The notes below the pieces were generated by a model. It saw only the letters and a program-made list of their open reading frames with translations. It was not told the DNA's origin and made no database searches. Of a stretch of DNA of 64,000 bases, positions 25,297-36,005 are shown one piece after another. Both the position numbers and the translations under genes were made by a program. This DNA is from an uncultured virus (IMG/VR IMGVR_UViG_3300009551_000046). Taxonomy: Duplodnaviria > Heunggongvirae > Uroviricota > Caudoviricetes. Positions within the stretch are counted from its first letter, which is position 1. Every line of letters begins with the position of its first letter. The DNA lies in IMG/VR virus record IMGVR_UViG_3300009551_000046; one strand, written 5' to 3'.

Positions 25297-26259
25297 ATGG
25301 CCCAGGGCTATCAAACTCAGGTTTACAACCAGCCGGCCCAGGCCGTCGCCGGCGACCGAGCGTCACAGAACCCGATCGCGACCTTCGATGCCGGTCCCGG
25401 CGGCCTTGTCGCTGACGCTTCGGGCGTGACGGTCGGCTACTTCGCGTGGGTGACCCCGCCGACCGATCCGAACGGACAGGGCTCGTATGCGACGCAGGTG
25501 AACGGTGCCGGCTCCGTTGCCGGCTTCCTCTACAACGCGACGCAGGCGCTCAACACCGTCTTCCTGTCGGATGCCGGCATGGTCATCCCGGCCGGCCTGC
25601 CCGTCGGTCTCGCGACGCAGGGCGACTTTTGGGTGATCAACAGCGGCGCCTCCGAGGCTATCCCGGGGCAGAAGGCCTATGCGCAGTTCGGCACCGGTGC
25701 GGTGTCGTTCGCTGCATCCGGCGCGCCGTCGACGACTTCGACCGCGACCGGCTCGACGATCGCTGCCTCGACGTTCTCCGTCACCGGTTCGATCCAGAAC
25801 GACATCCTCACGGTGTCCGCGGTCGGCTCCGGAACGGTCGTGAAGGGCGCGACGATCTCGGGCACCGGCATCACGACCGGCACCAAGATCTCGTCGCAGC
25901 TGTCCGGTACGCCCGGCGGCGTCGGCGTCTACTTGCTGTCGATCAGCCAGCAGAAGACGGTTGCCTCGACGACCGTGTCCGGCACCTATGGCACGATGAC
26001 GGTCGGCACGATGACGGTCGGCACGACCTTCCAGGTCGGACAGACGCTCGTTGCAAGCGGCTCGGTTGTCGCCGGAACGAACGTCACGCAGCTGCTGACC
26101 GGCAGCGGCGGCAACGCCTCGACGTTCGCGGTCGACAACAACACGGTTGTCGGTTCGCAGTCGATCAGCGCGGTCGGCAACGTCGAGACGAAATGGATCG
26201 CGATGAGCGCCGGGCAGCCGGGGCAGCTGGTCAAGATCTCGAGCTGGCCGCTCGGCTAA
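25297..26259 (+). CDS. Head decoration/cement protein with two inserted beta-rich repeats
   Basis: Between protease and MCP; QTQV..QPAQAVAGD.ASQNP...GDFWV...ETKW...LVKISSW. Confidence 0.75.
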   Translation: MAQGYQTQVYNQPAQAVAGDRASQNPIATFDAGPGGLVADASGVTVGYFAWVTPPTDPNGQGSYATQVNGAGSVAGFLYNATQALNTVFLSDAGMVIPAGLPVGLATQGDFWVINSGASEAIPGQKAYAQFGTGAVSFAASGAPSTTSTATGSTIAASTFSVTGSIQNDILTVSAVGSGTVVKGATISGTGITTGTKISSQLSGTPGGVGVYLLSISQQKTVASTTVSGTYGTMTVGTMTVGTTFQVGQTLVASGSVVAGTNVTQLLTGSGGNASTFAVDNNTVVGSQSISAVGNVETKWIAMSAGQPGQLVKISSWPLG

Positions 26260-26319
26260 GGCCGAGTTGCCGGCGGGGTAACGGGTAAGGCGCTCAAAAG
26301 CACACGGAGAAAGCTAGTT

Positions 26320-27474
26320 ATGGAGCCGATCAGCATCACGAGCGTCGAACAGGGCCGCTCGTTGTTCCAAGCCCACAAGGGCATGCTCGCCCAAAAGGGC
26401 GTTCACTTGCCCTTCAATATGCAGCGCTATCTCACCGACGGGGAGAAGGCGTCAGGCGTCCTCGCGATGGATGGCCTGGCCCTCGACGCGTCGCCGATCG
26501 CTGCGATGGGTGCAGTGCCGGGCCCGCTCTCAAGCGACCCGAACGCAGCCCTCCCCTGGATGCTGACGGCGGCGATCGACCCGGAAATCATCCGGGTGAT
26601 CTTCTCTCCGCTCGACTTCCCGGAGATCCTCGGCGAGCGCAAGGCGGGTGACTGGACCGATCAGACCCGGTTCTTCCCGCTCGTCGAGTCGACCGGCGAG
26701 GTGTCGAGCTACGACGACTTCGTCAACAACGGCCGGGCCGGAGCGAACTTCAACTACCCGCAACTCCAGTCCTATCTGTTCCAAACGATCTTGAGCTACG
26801 GCGAGTTGCAGATCGCGCGCGCCGGCCTCGCCAAGATCAATTGGGTCAGCGAGCTCGGCGTTGCGGCGGCGGACCTTCTGAACCGGTTTCAGAACCTGTC
26901 CTATGGGTTCGGCGTCCTCGGCCTGCAGTGCTACGGCATCATCAACAGCCCGTTCATCTCGGCGGCTCTGACGCCGGCGACGAAGGCATGGGGCGGTACC
27001 GGTTGGTTCAACAACGGCGCGCCGGCGGCAACCGCGAACGAGGTCTACAACGACATCGTCGCCATGGTCTCGCAGCTGATCTCGCAGACGAACGGTGCCC
27101 TCGACATCAAGTCGCCGATGACGCTCGCGATGTCGCCGACCTCTGAATTGGCGATGACCTTCGCGAACAGCTTCGGCGTCTATGTCGAAGCGCTGCTGAA
27201 GAAGGGCTTCCCGAACCTCAAGATCAAGACGGCGCCGCAGTACGGCCAGCAGAGCACGACGAACCCGCAGGGTTACTCGGCGGCCGGCAACGTGCTGCAG
27301 CTGATCCCGGACAAGATCCAGGGGCAGACGGTCGCTTACTGCGCCTATAACGAGAAGCTCCGCACTCACAAGATCGTGCCGGATCTCTCGTCTTGGAAGC
27401 AGAAGCAGACTTCGGGCACCTGGGGCACCGTGATCCGCATGCCCGTCGGCATCGTCACGATGATCGGCGTCTGA
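26320..27474 (+). CDS. Major capsid protein (DUF2184 type)
   Basis: IDP..I.V.F.P, GERKAGDWT, VESTGEVSSYDD, QKQTSGTWG.VIR.P; synteny. Confidence 0.88.
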   Translation: MEPISITSVEQGRSLFQAHKGMLAQKGVHLPFNMQRYLTDGEKASGVLAMDGLALDASPIAAMGAVPGPLSSDPNAALPWMLTAAIDPEIIRVIFSPLDFPEILGERKAGDWTDQTRFFPLVESTGEVSSYDDFVNNGRAGANFNYPQLQSYLFQTILSYGELQIARAGLAKINWVSELGVAAADLLNRFQNLSYGFGVLGLQCYGIINSPFISAALTPATKAWGGTGWFNNGAPAATANEVYNDIVAMVSQLISQTNGALDIKSPMTLAMSPTSELAMTFANSFGVYVEALLKKGFPNLKIKTAPQYGQQSTTNPQGYSAAGNVLQLIPDKIQGQTVAYCAYNEKLRTHKIVPDLSSWKQKQTSGTWGTVIRMPVGIVTMIGV

Positions 27475-27506
27475 TTACGAGGGGCCTGCTGCTCTATCGC
27501 AGGCAA

Positions 27507-27546
27507 TGACGGTGATGCCCGGGTTCGTCCCGGGCATCATTGTTTG
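27507..27546 (+). terminator. Hairpin/terminator after MCP
   Basis: GGTGATGCCCGGG-TTCGT-CCCGGGCATCATT followed by GTTT. Confidence 0.6.
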
Positions 27547-27633
27547 AGGGGGTGGCTGATCAGCCCCCTTGATAGGCGCCGCGTTTGCGTCCACATTCCG
27601 CCCGACGCAGAGTCCAAACACGAGGAGAACCTG

Positions 27634-28278
27634 ATGCCCCGCAAGAGCGCCCGGCAAATGCAGCTTGAAGCCGAGAACGCCGAGCTCCGCCGCCAGATCG
27701 AGGCCAATCGATCCGAACTCGGCGCGCCCGGTATCCGCGAGATCGAGAAGAAGGCAAAGTCGTCCGGAATGGTGACGGTCGCCTGCAAAATCCCCATGGG
27801 GCTGAAACTGCAGCTGCAGCACAAGCAACCGATCAAGATTCCGAGCGGCCGCGGCGGCGAGTACATCGTCGACGAGCAGTATGTCTTCGGCGGGAAGGAG
27901 TACTACGTATTCGGCCCAAGCATGCCGGCGATGGGCGGCGTCCCGAGCGGCTATCTTCTGCCGCAGAAGCTCGAGGGCGGCTTCGCGCTGACCCCGAACA
28001 TCCCGGCGGCGTTTTGGGAGCAATGGCTCGAGCAGAACAGGCTGGCCGACTTCGTCACGAGCAAGATGATCTTTGCCTATGACGATTCGAGCGCGGTCGA
28101 CGCTGCCCAGGAGCATGCCGAGCTCAAGTCCGGACTCGAGCCGATCTCGCCGGAGGTCGATGCCAAGGGCCGGCTGAAGGATCGCCGCGTACCGAAGCCG
28201 TTGAACGGCGCCGTCGGACGTGTTTCCTATGACGAGGAGCGCGCCGCGCAGCAGAAGGGCGCTGCCGCGGACGCCTAA
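27634..28278 (+). CDS. Head-associated conserved protein
   Basis: VTVACKIPMGL.L...GGFALTPNI...FWEQW...KSGLEP; GAGGAG RBS. Confidence 0.7.
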   Translation: MPRKSARQMQLEAENAELRRQIEANRSELGAPGIREIEKKAKSSGMVTVACKIPMGLKLQLQHKQPIKIPSGRGGEYIVDEQYVFGGKEYYVFGPSMPAMGGVPSGYLLPQKLEGGFALTPNIPAAFWEQWLEQNRLADFVTSKMIFAYDDSSAVDAAQEHAELKSGLEPISPEVDAKGRLKDRRVPKPLNGAVGRVSYDEERAAQQKGAAADA

Positions 28279-28299
28279 TCCAACCGGCGGAGAGCAGAG

Positions 28300-28785
28300 A
28301 TGACGACAACCCCTCCCGTGACGTTCGACTTCGCAACATGGGTGGGGTTGTTCCCCGAGTTCTCGGCGCTGACGACCGGGCAGGGGGCCGCGTATTTCAC
28401 GCGCGCGACGGCGACGATCATCGCGAATTCGGTGTCGAATCCGATCTATGGCGACGGCAACCTCGCATATCTGATCTATCTGGCGACCTCGCACGTCGCC
28501 TGGCTGAACTGCCCGAAGGACGCCGGCGGCAATCCCGCGGCTACCGGGGCTGCGGCATCCCCGCTCGTCGGGCGCGTCAGCAGCGCATCGGAGGGCTCGG
28601 TATCGGTGTCGACGGAATGGTCGTTCAACGATCCGTCAGCGCAGGCTGCTTACCTAGCGCAAACCAAGTACGGCGCGGAGTACCTAGCCGCCACCGCGCA
28701 ATACCGGACTGCCCGCTACATTGCCCGCCCGACGATTGTGTTCGGGGGGCGATTCGGCGGGTATAGGAGAGGCGGCCTACCATGA
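28300..28785 (+). CDS. Head-tail adaptor (DUF4054 family)
   Basis: TFD...FPEF...H.A.L...VGRVSSASEGSVSVS...QTKYG. Confidence 0.85.
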   Translation: MTTTPPVTFDFATWVGLFPEFSALTTGQGAAYFTRATATIIANSVSNPIYGDGNLAYLIYLATSHVAWLNCPKDAGGNPAATGAAASPLVGRVSSASEGSVSVSTEWSFNDPSAQAAYLAQTKYGAEYLAATAQYRTARYIARPTIVFGGRFGGYRRGGLP

Positions 28786-28798
28786 GGAGAAAGTCACG

Positions 28799-29158
28799 AT
28801 GGACGTTGAAGCCGTGAAGAACATGACCGGAGCCGATCTCGACAAGATCGGCGACGCACTGACCCCGCCGCTTGTCCGCGTCTCCGTCGCGCACGGGCAC
28901 GCTTTCGACGAGGACGACGACAGCTACCGCCGCCGCCTGCTCGCGCATGAGATCGGCCCGGAGGCCGCCGGCGCGATGTCGCAGCCGATGAGGATCGTCG
29001 ACGACAAGGTCGAGAAGGATGCCGGAGCCGCCGAGACTGATGCTGCAGCTGTGGCCGCCAAGGCTAAGGCGGGTGCGGATAAGAAGCCCGCAGCCGACGA
29101 CAAGGGCGATGGCGGCAAGCCCGATGAAGGCAAGGGCGCCGACGACAAGGCCAAGTAG
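28799..29158 (+). CDS. Hypothetical protein
   Basis: GAGGAG RBS; GADLDKIG...EDDDSYRRRL; A/K/D-rich tail. Confidence 0.65.
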   Translation: MDVEAVKNMTGADLDKIGDALTPPLVRVSVAHGHAFDEDDDSYRRRLLAHEIGPEAAGAMSQPMRIVDDKVEKDAGAAETDAAAVAAKAKAGADKKPAADDKGDGGKPDEGKGADDKAK

Positions 29159-29177
29159 CGAGCAACTCTTACGATCC

Positions 29178-29624
29178 GTGCCGCCGGAATGGTTCGACAT
29201 TCAGGCGGCGCGGATCCTAGTCATGATCGGAGCGATGCGGATGCCGGAATTCGGGGGGAAGAAGTTCGCAACGAACTTCAAGTTCATGATTGAGCAGACG
29301 CTCGCGAAGGCCGCAGCGGACAGCGGCCGCATCGTCCAGCAGGCGGCCGACGAGCTCGCCGACGAGATGCGCAACCAAGCCAAGGGCGCGGCGCGGGTGA
29401 TCCGCGCGGAAGCGCGGGCGGTGCGCGATGCCTTCGACCCGTACACCGGCAACAACCCGACGGAGGAGATCGACGAGGAGAAGCCGGCCGAGCCGCCGCC
29501 TCCCGTCGCAGAACCGCCGGCAGAGCCTCCTGCCGAGCCTCCGGCGCAGGAGCCGCCTGCGGCAGAGCCCGCAGCCGAGGAGCATCCTGAACCGCCGGCG
29601 GCGCCCGCAAACCCTACGCAGTGA
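29178..29624 (+). CDS. Hypothetical protein with Pro/Glu-rich tail (start uncertain)
   Basis: Open frame with host-like codon usage; AEPP repeats. Confidence 0.55.
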   Translation: MPPEWFDIQAARILVMIGAMRMPEFGGKKFATNFKFMIEQTLAKAAADSGRIVQQAADELADEMRNQAKGAARVIRAEARAVRDAFDPYTGNNPTEEIDEEKPAEPPPPVAEPPAEPPAEPPAQEPPAAEPAAEEHPEPPAAPANPTQ

Positions 29625-29702
29625 CGACCGCGGGGGCGCCTGTTGCGCACCGCGGACAGATCAGCGTGAGATCTCGGCGCCCGGTCGCCGTGAGGAGGTG
29701 AA

Positions 29703-30236
29703 ATGGCGGTAGTCAGCGGTGGCGACAAGCTGAAGGCGGCGCTCGAAGCGATCGCACGCAAGGTCGACAAGCCGGCAACCCTCCGCGTCGGCTTCCTCGA
29801 AAAGGCGACCTATCCCGACGGCAAGCCCGTCGCCATGATCGCGGCGATCCAGGAGTACGGCGCGCCGCGCGCCGGCATCCCGCCGCGGCCGTTCTTCCGC
29901 ACCATGATTGCGCAGAAGTCCGGGGAATGGCCGAAGGCGATCGCGGATCTCCTCGAGGCCAACGACTACGACATCGAAAAGGTGCTCCAGATCGCCGGCG
30001 CCGCCATCGTCGGGCAGCTGCGGCAGTCGATCATCGACACCAACGAGCCGCCGCTGTCGCAGGTGACGCTGATGATCCGGAAGATGAAGAGCGAGGGCGC
30101 GGTGATCACGAAGGCAAGCCTCGCCATCGCGAGGGCGCGTCTCGCCTCCGGCGAATCAGTCGGTGGCGTCCCGACAAAGCCCCTCGTCGAGACCGGACAC
30201 CTCCTCAATTCTGTCGACTTCGAGGTGAAGACTTGA
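29703..30236 (+). CDS. Neck/tail-completion protein
   Basis: LRVGFLE.ATYPDG..VA.IAAIQEYG...IPPRPFFR...KPLVETGHL. Confidence 0.8.
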   Translation: MAVVSGGDKLKAALEAIARKVDKPATLRVGFLEKATYPDGKPVAMIAAIQEYGAPRAGIPPRPFFRTMIAQKSGEWPKAIADLLEANDYDIEKVLQIAGAAIVGQLRQSIIDTNEPPLSQVTLMIRKMKSEGAVITKASLAIARARLASGESVGGVPTKPLVETGHLLNSVDFEVKT

Positions 30237-30288
30237 GGGGCTAGCCGCTGTATGGTGCGGCCGCGCTCTCTCAGCGGAGAGAAAACCC

Positions 30289-30651
30289 GTGTGGAGAATA
30301 ATCGCCGAGCCGTTCCGGTTACTGAAACGGATCACCAATCAACAGGATCGAATTATGGCCGAAATCAAGGACATCAAGGACGTTCTCGACGGCGTCGCTT
30401 CCGACGTCGATGTCGTGAAGGCGGGAATCGACTCGCTGAACAGCAAGATCGAGTCGCTGAACGCTTCTCTGTCGAGCTCCGGCGCTCTGTCGGCGGAGGA
30501 CGCCGCGCTGATGAACGATACGCTCACCGAGGCGAAGGGGATCAAGGGGAAGCTAGACGCGATGGCTGCGGCCTTCGCTTCGCCGGCCGCTGCTCCGGCC
30601 GCCGCAGCGCCCGACGCTCCGGCTGCGGAGGCTCCGCCATCCGGATCCTGA
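30289..30651 (+). CDS. Coiled-coil hypothetical protein
   Basis: GGAG RBS before GTG; heptad pattern. Confidence 0.6.
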   Translation: MWRIIAEPFRLLKRITNQQDRIMAEIKDIKDVLDGVASDVDVVKAGIDSLNSKIESLNASLSSSGALSAEDAALMNDTLTEAKGIKGKLDAMAAAFASPAAAPAAAAPDAPAAEAPPSGS

Positions 30652-30676
30652 CCCTCGACGAACCAATCGTGCTTTT

Positions 30677-30706
30677 GAAGGGCCGCTTCGACAAGCGGCC
30701 CTTTTT
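30677..30706 (+). terminator. Rho-independent terminator
   Basis: GAAGGGCCGCTT-CGAC-AAGCGGCCCTTTTT. Confidence 0.75.
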
Positions 30707-30768
30707 CGTGGTACGGAGGGATCAGCCGAAACCCGCCGGCATAAGCGGAGCGAAAGGAGCCTTGTGCT

Positions 30769-31416
30769 ATGGGACTCAAGCAACAGATTTCTCTATGGTC
30801 GCCGACGCTCGGGGACATCCTGTTCGGCTCGGCCCAGGCCGCCGCGATCGGGACGTCATTCGGCAATGGCGCGGCAACGGCGGGGGCCAACGCGCAGAAC
30901 TCGCTGCAGATGGGCACCTCGGGCGACATCAACGTCCAGGTCTCCTCGGCCGGCGTTCAGCCTGGCGCTACCGGCGCGGACAAGGTTCTCGCGGTCTACT
31001 CGCTTCCGGCAAACGCGTTCGACATCGCCGGCCGAGGCATCGACGTTCAGGCGCAGGGATCGTTCGGCGCAACCGCGAACAACAAGCGGATCAAGATCAT
31101 CTTCGCGCCGTCGGCGGCCGTTGTCGGCCAGACGGTGACCGGCGGAACGACGATCGCCGATACCGGTACCGTCGCAACGAACGGCGGCGGCTGGTCGATC
31201 ATGGCGAGCGTCTTCAAGTACGGTGCCGCGGGATCAAACACGCAAATCTGTCTGCATCAGCAGGCGCAGGTAGGCGCTGCTGTTTCCGCCCTGCTCGCCC
31301 CGAGCCTGACGACGGTTGCGGAAAATGCTCCGATCCTGATCGCGATCACCGGCAACGCGACGACCGCGGCGTCCGACATCGTGTTCAACTTCCTGCAGAT
31401 CACCGCGCTGAACTGA
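30769..31416 (+). CDS. Putative virion structural protein
   Basis: AAAGGAG RBS; G/A/T-rich beta-type sequence in the structural module. Confidence 0.65.
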   Translation: MGLKQQISLWSPTLGDILFGSAQAAAIGTSFGNGAATAGANAQNSLQMGTSGDINVQVSSAGVQPGATGADKVLAVYSLPANAFDIAGRGIDVQAQGSFGATANNKRIKIIFAPSAAVVGQTVTGGTTIADTGTVATNGGGWSIMASVFKYGAAGSNTQICLHQQAQVGAAVSALLAPSLTTVAENAPILIAITGNATTAASDIVFNFLQITALN

Positions 31417-31435
31417 CGTCGGCGAGGGGGCGACG

Positions 31436-32032
31436 ATGAACCTGCATTCGATCGTCGCCCCGCTCGTCGGGGCGATCAATCCGCCGCAGCTTGTGACGGT
31501 TCAGCAGTCGATCGGGAACACGACGGCTGCGGACGGAACGCCGGTGCCGGCTTACGCGACCCCGGGCGCGATCACGGCGTCGATCGCCGGAACGGTCCTG
31601 ACGGTCTCTGCAATCGCTAGCGGGCTCCTGCAGCCAGGACAAACGCTGTCCGACGCAGGAAACACCGTCCTCCCGGGGACGCTTATCACCGGCCAGCTGA
31701 CGGGCCCCAATGGGGGTGCCGGCACCTATTCGATCTCCCGGGATCAGAACGTCGCGTCCGAGACGATGTCGACGACGCTGCAGTTCTCCGCGCAGGTGCA
31801 GCCGGTGTCCGGCGACGATCTGCGGCACATGGACTCGCTGAACATCCAAGGGCAGCACAAGGCCATGTATTTCAGCGGCGCGCTGCTGCCGGCCGTGCGC
31901 GTCGCGTTGGTCGGCGGGGATCTCGTGACCTTGCCCGACGGCTCGGTATGGCTCGTCACGCAAAGCGCCGAGCCGTTTGCCGATACCGCGGGGTGGTCTA
32001 AGGTGATCATCACGCTTCAAAACGGGTCGTGA
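31436..32032 (+). CDS. Head closure protein with inserted beta-rich repeat
   Basis: MNLHSIV...AINP...AQVQP.S..DL.H.D.LNIQG...GGDLV...WLV....E.F...W.K. Confidence 0.75.
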   Translation: MNLHSIVAPLVGAINPPQLVTVQQSIGNTTAADGTPVPAYATPGAITASIAGTVLTVSAIASGLLQPGQTLSDAGNTVLPGTLITGQLTGPNGGAGTYSISRDQNVASETMSTTLQFSAQVQPVSGDDLRHMDSLNIQGQHKAMYFSGALLPAVRVALVGGDLVTLPDGSVWLVTQSAEPFADTAGWSKVIITLQNGS

Positions 32033-32047
32033 GGGGAGAAGTTCAAG

Positions 32048-32434
32048 ATGACGAAGTTCAAGGCGCTCTTTTCGCTCGCGGTCGCTGCGCTGCTCTGCTC
32101 GGCGCCGGCGCGCGCCGACATGATCCCGGGTGTCGCCGTGACGCCGGTCGGGTATTGCCAGATCGCGGCCGCGACGCTCGCCGCGGCGACGCCGCTATCG
32201 TCCTGCTCCGGCGGCATCCCGGCAGGCGCGAACCTCGCGCTACTGCAGGCGGAGACGCAGAACATCCGGTGGCGCGACGACGGCACGGCGCCGACGACGA
32301 CCGTTGGCATGATCCTGATTCAGGGCGCGCATCAGCCGACGCTCTACGCCGGGACGCTGTCGAAGCTGCAGTTCATTGATGCGACCGCCGGCGGCATCCT
32401 GAACGTGACCTTCTATCGCGCCGCAGCGCCGTAG
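32048..32434 (+). CDS. Signal-peptide-bearing small beta protein
   Basis: MTKFKALFSLAVAALLCSAPARA|D; IRWRDDGTAPT. Confidence 0.7.
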   Translation: MTKFKALFSLAVAALLCSAPARADMIPGVAVTPVGYCQIAAATLAAATPLSSCSGGIPAGANLALLQAETQNIRWRDDGTAPTTTVGMILIQGAHQPTLYAGTLSKLQFIDATAGGILNVTFYRAAAP

Positions 32435-32443
32435 GGCTCCGAG

Positions 32444-33439
32444 ATGCCGCTACCCGCCTCGATCTCGCCGACGCAATCGAACGCCCTCGAGGCGTTGCGC
32501 TCCGTGCTGCTGTCCTGGCTGCCGGGCACGGTCGGACAAGATCCCGCGGTGTTTCAGGGGCGAATCACCGGCAACATCTTGACCGTCACTGCCCTTCCCG
32601 GGCTGCCGGCCGGCGGCATCCAAGGATCGATCGCGATGAACAGCCCGGTGCTCGGCGCGGCGCCGGGCACATTCATCATCTCCCAGCTGACCGGCACCGC
32701 GGGGGGCGTCGGGACGTATCAGGTAACAGGAAGCCCGCAACAGGTGACGAACGCCCGGACCATGGCAACGGGCGTCTCCGTTGTTGCCGGCCAAGCGAAC
32801 CGGGTGCCGGAGCCGAACAATCCGTGGTTCGTCGTCATGACGCCGATCCTGACGAAGCGGCTGTCGACGAATCTCGTCACCTCCGGCGACGTCAAGTTCA
32901 CGGGATCGATCGCCGGCACGACGCTCACGGTGTCCGCTGTCGGCCATGGTGTGATCGATGCCGGCTCGCAGCTGTTCGGCGTCAACGTCGTGTCCCCGAC
33001 GCAGATCCTGCGGCAGCTGACTGGCGCCGCGGGCGGCCCCGGGACGTATCAGATTTCGACGACGCAGACGCTGTCGTCGCAGACGCTGTCGGCCGGCCGG
33101 AAAAAGCTGCAGCTGAACATCCAGGAGAATATCCAACTCGATTTTCACGCGCCGGATTACACGTCAGGGGATTTCGCGCATACCGTGTCCGCCCTGATGC
33201 GCGATGAATACGGGACGGCGGCATTCAAGGCGCTGCCGGCGCCTCAGAATCAGGTGACCCCGCTGTTCGCGGACGATCCGCATCAGATGCCGATGACGAA
33301 TGCGGAAATTCAGTACGAAAACAGGTTCGTTCTCGACTGCAATCTGCAGGTCAACGAGATCGTCGTCGTTCCGCAGGAGTACGCCGACGCGGTCGTCGTC
33401 GGGCTGATCGAGGTCGATTCGCACTATCCGCCGCACTGA
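32444..33439 (+). CDS. Tail terminator/neck protein with two inserted beta-rich repeats
   Basis: VVAGQANRVPEP...FVVMTP...RLSTN...QLDFH...PLFADDP.Q.P..N.E.QYE.R. Confidence 0.75.
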   Translation: MPLPASISPTQSNALEALRSVLLSWLPGTVGQDPAVFQGRITGNILTVTALPGLPAGGIQGSIAMNSPVLGAAPGTFIISQLTGTAGGVGTYQVTGSPQQVTNARTMATGVSVVAGQANRVPEPNNPWFVVMTPILTKRLSTNLVTSGDVKFTGSIAGTTLTVSAVGHGVIDAGSQLFGVNVVSPTQILRQLTGAAGGPGTYQISTTQTLSSQTLSAGRKKLQLNIQENIQLDFHAPDYTSGDFAHTVSALMRDEYGTAAFKALPAPQNQVTPLFADDPHQMPMTNAEIQYENRFVLDCNLQVNEIVVVPQEYADAVVVGLIEVDSHYPPH

Positions 33440-33522
33440 TCGCGCGCCGTTGTGGACATCCGGGTTTCATGGCATAAGCGGGGCTGTCGATTAGCTCCGC
33501 GAAACCAAGGAGAAGCCGCGCG

Positions 33523-35508
33523 ATGGCTACCATTCCCGCAAGAGACATCGTTTCGGTAAACCCGGGCGTATTGCCGGCCGGCGGCTCCGCCCTCGATATG
33601 ATCGGGCTTTTCCTGACGTCGAACACCCGGGCCCCGATCGGCCAGGTGCTAGCCTTTGCCAGTCAGGCGGATGTCGCAACCTACTTCGGCGCCTCGGCGC
33701 TCGAGGCCTCGCTCGCGACGATCTATTTCAACGGCTTCGACAATTCGCACAAGAAGCCGGGCTCGCTGCTCTTCGCGCAGTACAATCAGGGCTCCGTCTC
33801 GGCGTTCCTCCGCAGCGGGTCGGTCGCGGGCCTGTCGCTCGCGCAGCTGCAGGCGATCAACGGCACGCTGAACATCACGATCGACGGCTATCCCCGCTCG
33901 ATCGCGGCGCTCAACCTGTCCGCGGCGACGAGTTTCTCGGCAGCGGCCGGTCTGATCCAGACCGCGCTGAACGCCGGCGGCGCCAATCCGACCGTCGCAT
34001 CCGTCACCGGTGCGGTCACGGCCGGAACCTTCACCATCACGGGATCGATCGCCGGCAACCTCCTGACGGTCTCGGCCGTCGGTTCGGGCACGGTTGTCGC
34101 CGGCGGCACGATCACCGGCACCGGTGTCGCGGCGAACACGATCGTCACCGGTCAGATCTCCGGCACGACCGGCGGCGTCGGCGTCTACACGGTCAACAAC
34201 AACCAAGTCGCAGGGTCGACGTCGCTGTCCGGCACGTACGGCATCCTGACGGTGACCGTCGTCGGCTCCGGAACGCTGTCGGTCGGCCAGACGGTTTCGG
34301 GCGGCACGATCGCGGCCGGAACGCAGATCACGCAACTCGGCACCGGCACCGGCGGCCTCGGCACCTATTTCCTGAGCACGAACACGACTTCGGTCTCGGG
34401 CGCCGTTACCGCGGTCGGCACCTCCGCGACCGTGACGTACGACTCGGTTTCCGGCGGCTTCATTGTCACCTCGGGCGTTCTGATCGGCCCGTCCTCGTCG
34501 ATCGCGTACGCGACCGGAACGACGGCTGATCCGCTGAACATGCGGCAAGCCGACGGCGCGGTGATCTCGCAGGGCTCCGCCGGGCAGACGCCGAGCGCGT
34601 TCATGAATTCGGTCGTCGCGGTCACCCAAAATTAGACGACCTTCATGTCGCTGTTCGACCCCGACTACGGGACCGGCAACGTGCAAAAGCAGGCGTTCGC
34701 TGCATGGGTGAACGGGACGAACAACGGCTATATGTACGTCGGGTGGGACACCGACATCACCGCGACGAACACGTTGCCGGCGAGCTCGAGCCTCGGCCAG
34801 ATCCTCGCGTCGAACAATTCGTCGGGCACCTATATCCATTGGGCGCCGGACTCGACGCAGGGTCCGATCAAGGCGGCCTTCATCTGCGGCGCGACCGCCT
34901 CGATCGACTTCACGCAACGGAACGGGCGCATCACCTTCGCGTTCCGCTCTCAGACCGGGCTCTTCGCGGACGTCACCAACCAGACGATCGCGCACAATCT
35001 CGGCGGCGATCCGCAGTCGATCGGTTCGCGCGGCAACTACTATAATTTCTACGGCGCGTATGCGACGCGGAACGATCAGTTCGTCTTCGAGAACCGCGGC
35101 TTCGTCTCGGGGCCGTTCCTGTGGGCGGACAGCTACGTCAATCAGATTTGGCTGAACAACGCCCTGCAGCTGGCGCTGATGCAGCTGCTGACGACCGTCT
35201 ACTCGATCCCCTACAACACGCAGGGATACGCGCTGATCGAGGCGGCCTGTCTCGATCCGATCAATGCCGCGCTCAACTTCGGCGCGATCCGGGCCGGGAT
35301 CACGCTGTCGGCGTCTCAGATCGCAGAGGTCAACGCGGATGCCGGCATTGACATCGCGACTACGATCTCGGCGCGCGGCTGGTATCTGCAGGTGCTCGAC
35401 GCGCAGCCGCAGGTTCGGGCCGCCCGCGCGTCGCCGCCGTGCACCCTCTGGTACACCGACGGTCAGTCGGTGCAGGCGATCAACCTCGCGAGCATCGAAA
35501 TCCAATAA
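33523..35508 (+). pseudogene. Tail sheath protein (DUF3383 type) interrupted by in-frame TAG at 34633-34635
   Basis: TIPA..IVSVNPGVL.AGG N-terminus and WYTDGQSVQAINLASIEIQ C-terminus in one frame; junction VTQN*TTFMSLFDPD. Confidence 0.8.
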
Positions 35509-35539
35509 CGGCGCCGGCGCGCGCAGGAGGACATGAACT

Positions 35540-35974
35540 ATGGCTTCGATCACTTCCGCGAACGCTGTGATCATGCTGGCGGTGCCGGGCGTCTTCAACG
35601 CGCCGACGCCGCTGCAGCAGTTCTCAGCCGAGGACATCTTCACCAACGACGCGATCCAAGCGGCGGAAACCGCGATGGGTGTCGACGGCTTCCTCGCCGC
35701 CGGCTTCGTGTTCAACCCGGTGACATGGTCGGTGTCGCTGATGGCGGACTCGCCGTCGAACGACTTCTTCGATCAGTGGTATCAGGCGAACCGAAAGGCG
35801 GTCGACGTCTACCGCTGCAACGGCTCCGTCTGGCTGCCGAGCCTCGGCAAGAAGTACGACATGCAGAGGGGCGCGCTCACGACCTACCGGGTGATGCCGG
35901 ATGCCGCCAAGACGCTGCGGTCCCGGACCTTCGGCATCATCTGGCAAGCCGTCTCTCCGGCCGTTCTCGGCTAA
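35540..35974 (+). CDS. Tail tube protein
   Basis: SITSANAV..L.V...MGVDG.L.AGFV...L.ADSPS...F; follows the sheath gene. Confidence 0.8.
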   Translation: MASITSANAVIMLAVPGVFNAPTPLQQFSAEDIFTNDAIQAAETAMGVDGFLAAGFVFNPVTWSVSLMADSPSNDFFDQWYQANRKAVDVYRCNGSVWLPSLGKKYDMQRGALTTYRVMPDAAKTLRSRTFGIIWQAVSPAVLG

Positions 35975-36005
35975 CCTGATCCCGTATCCGCCAAGGAGGT
36001 AAGAC

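Noticed and set aside
34633..34635. Genome-wide TAG reassignment (alternative genetic code)
   Set aside because: Many genes end properly at TAG (e.g. 4776, 5570, 36655, 46112) and no other gene appears fragmented
33649..35715. 688-aa minus-strand ORF, plus similar long antisense ORFs (56550-58241 +, 43574-44899 -, 13070-14095 -)
   Set aside because: Shadow frames opposite clearly identifiable genes; Arg-rich, motif-free translations expected from high-GC codon bias
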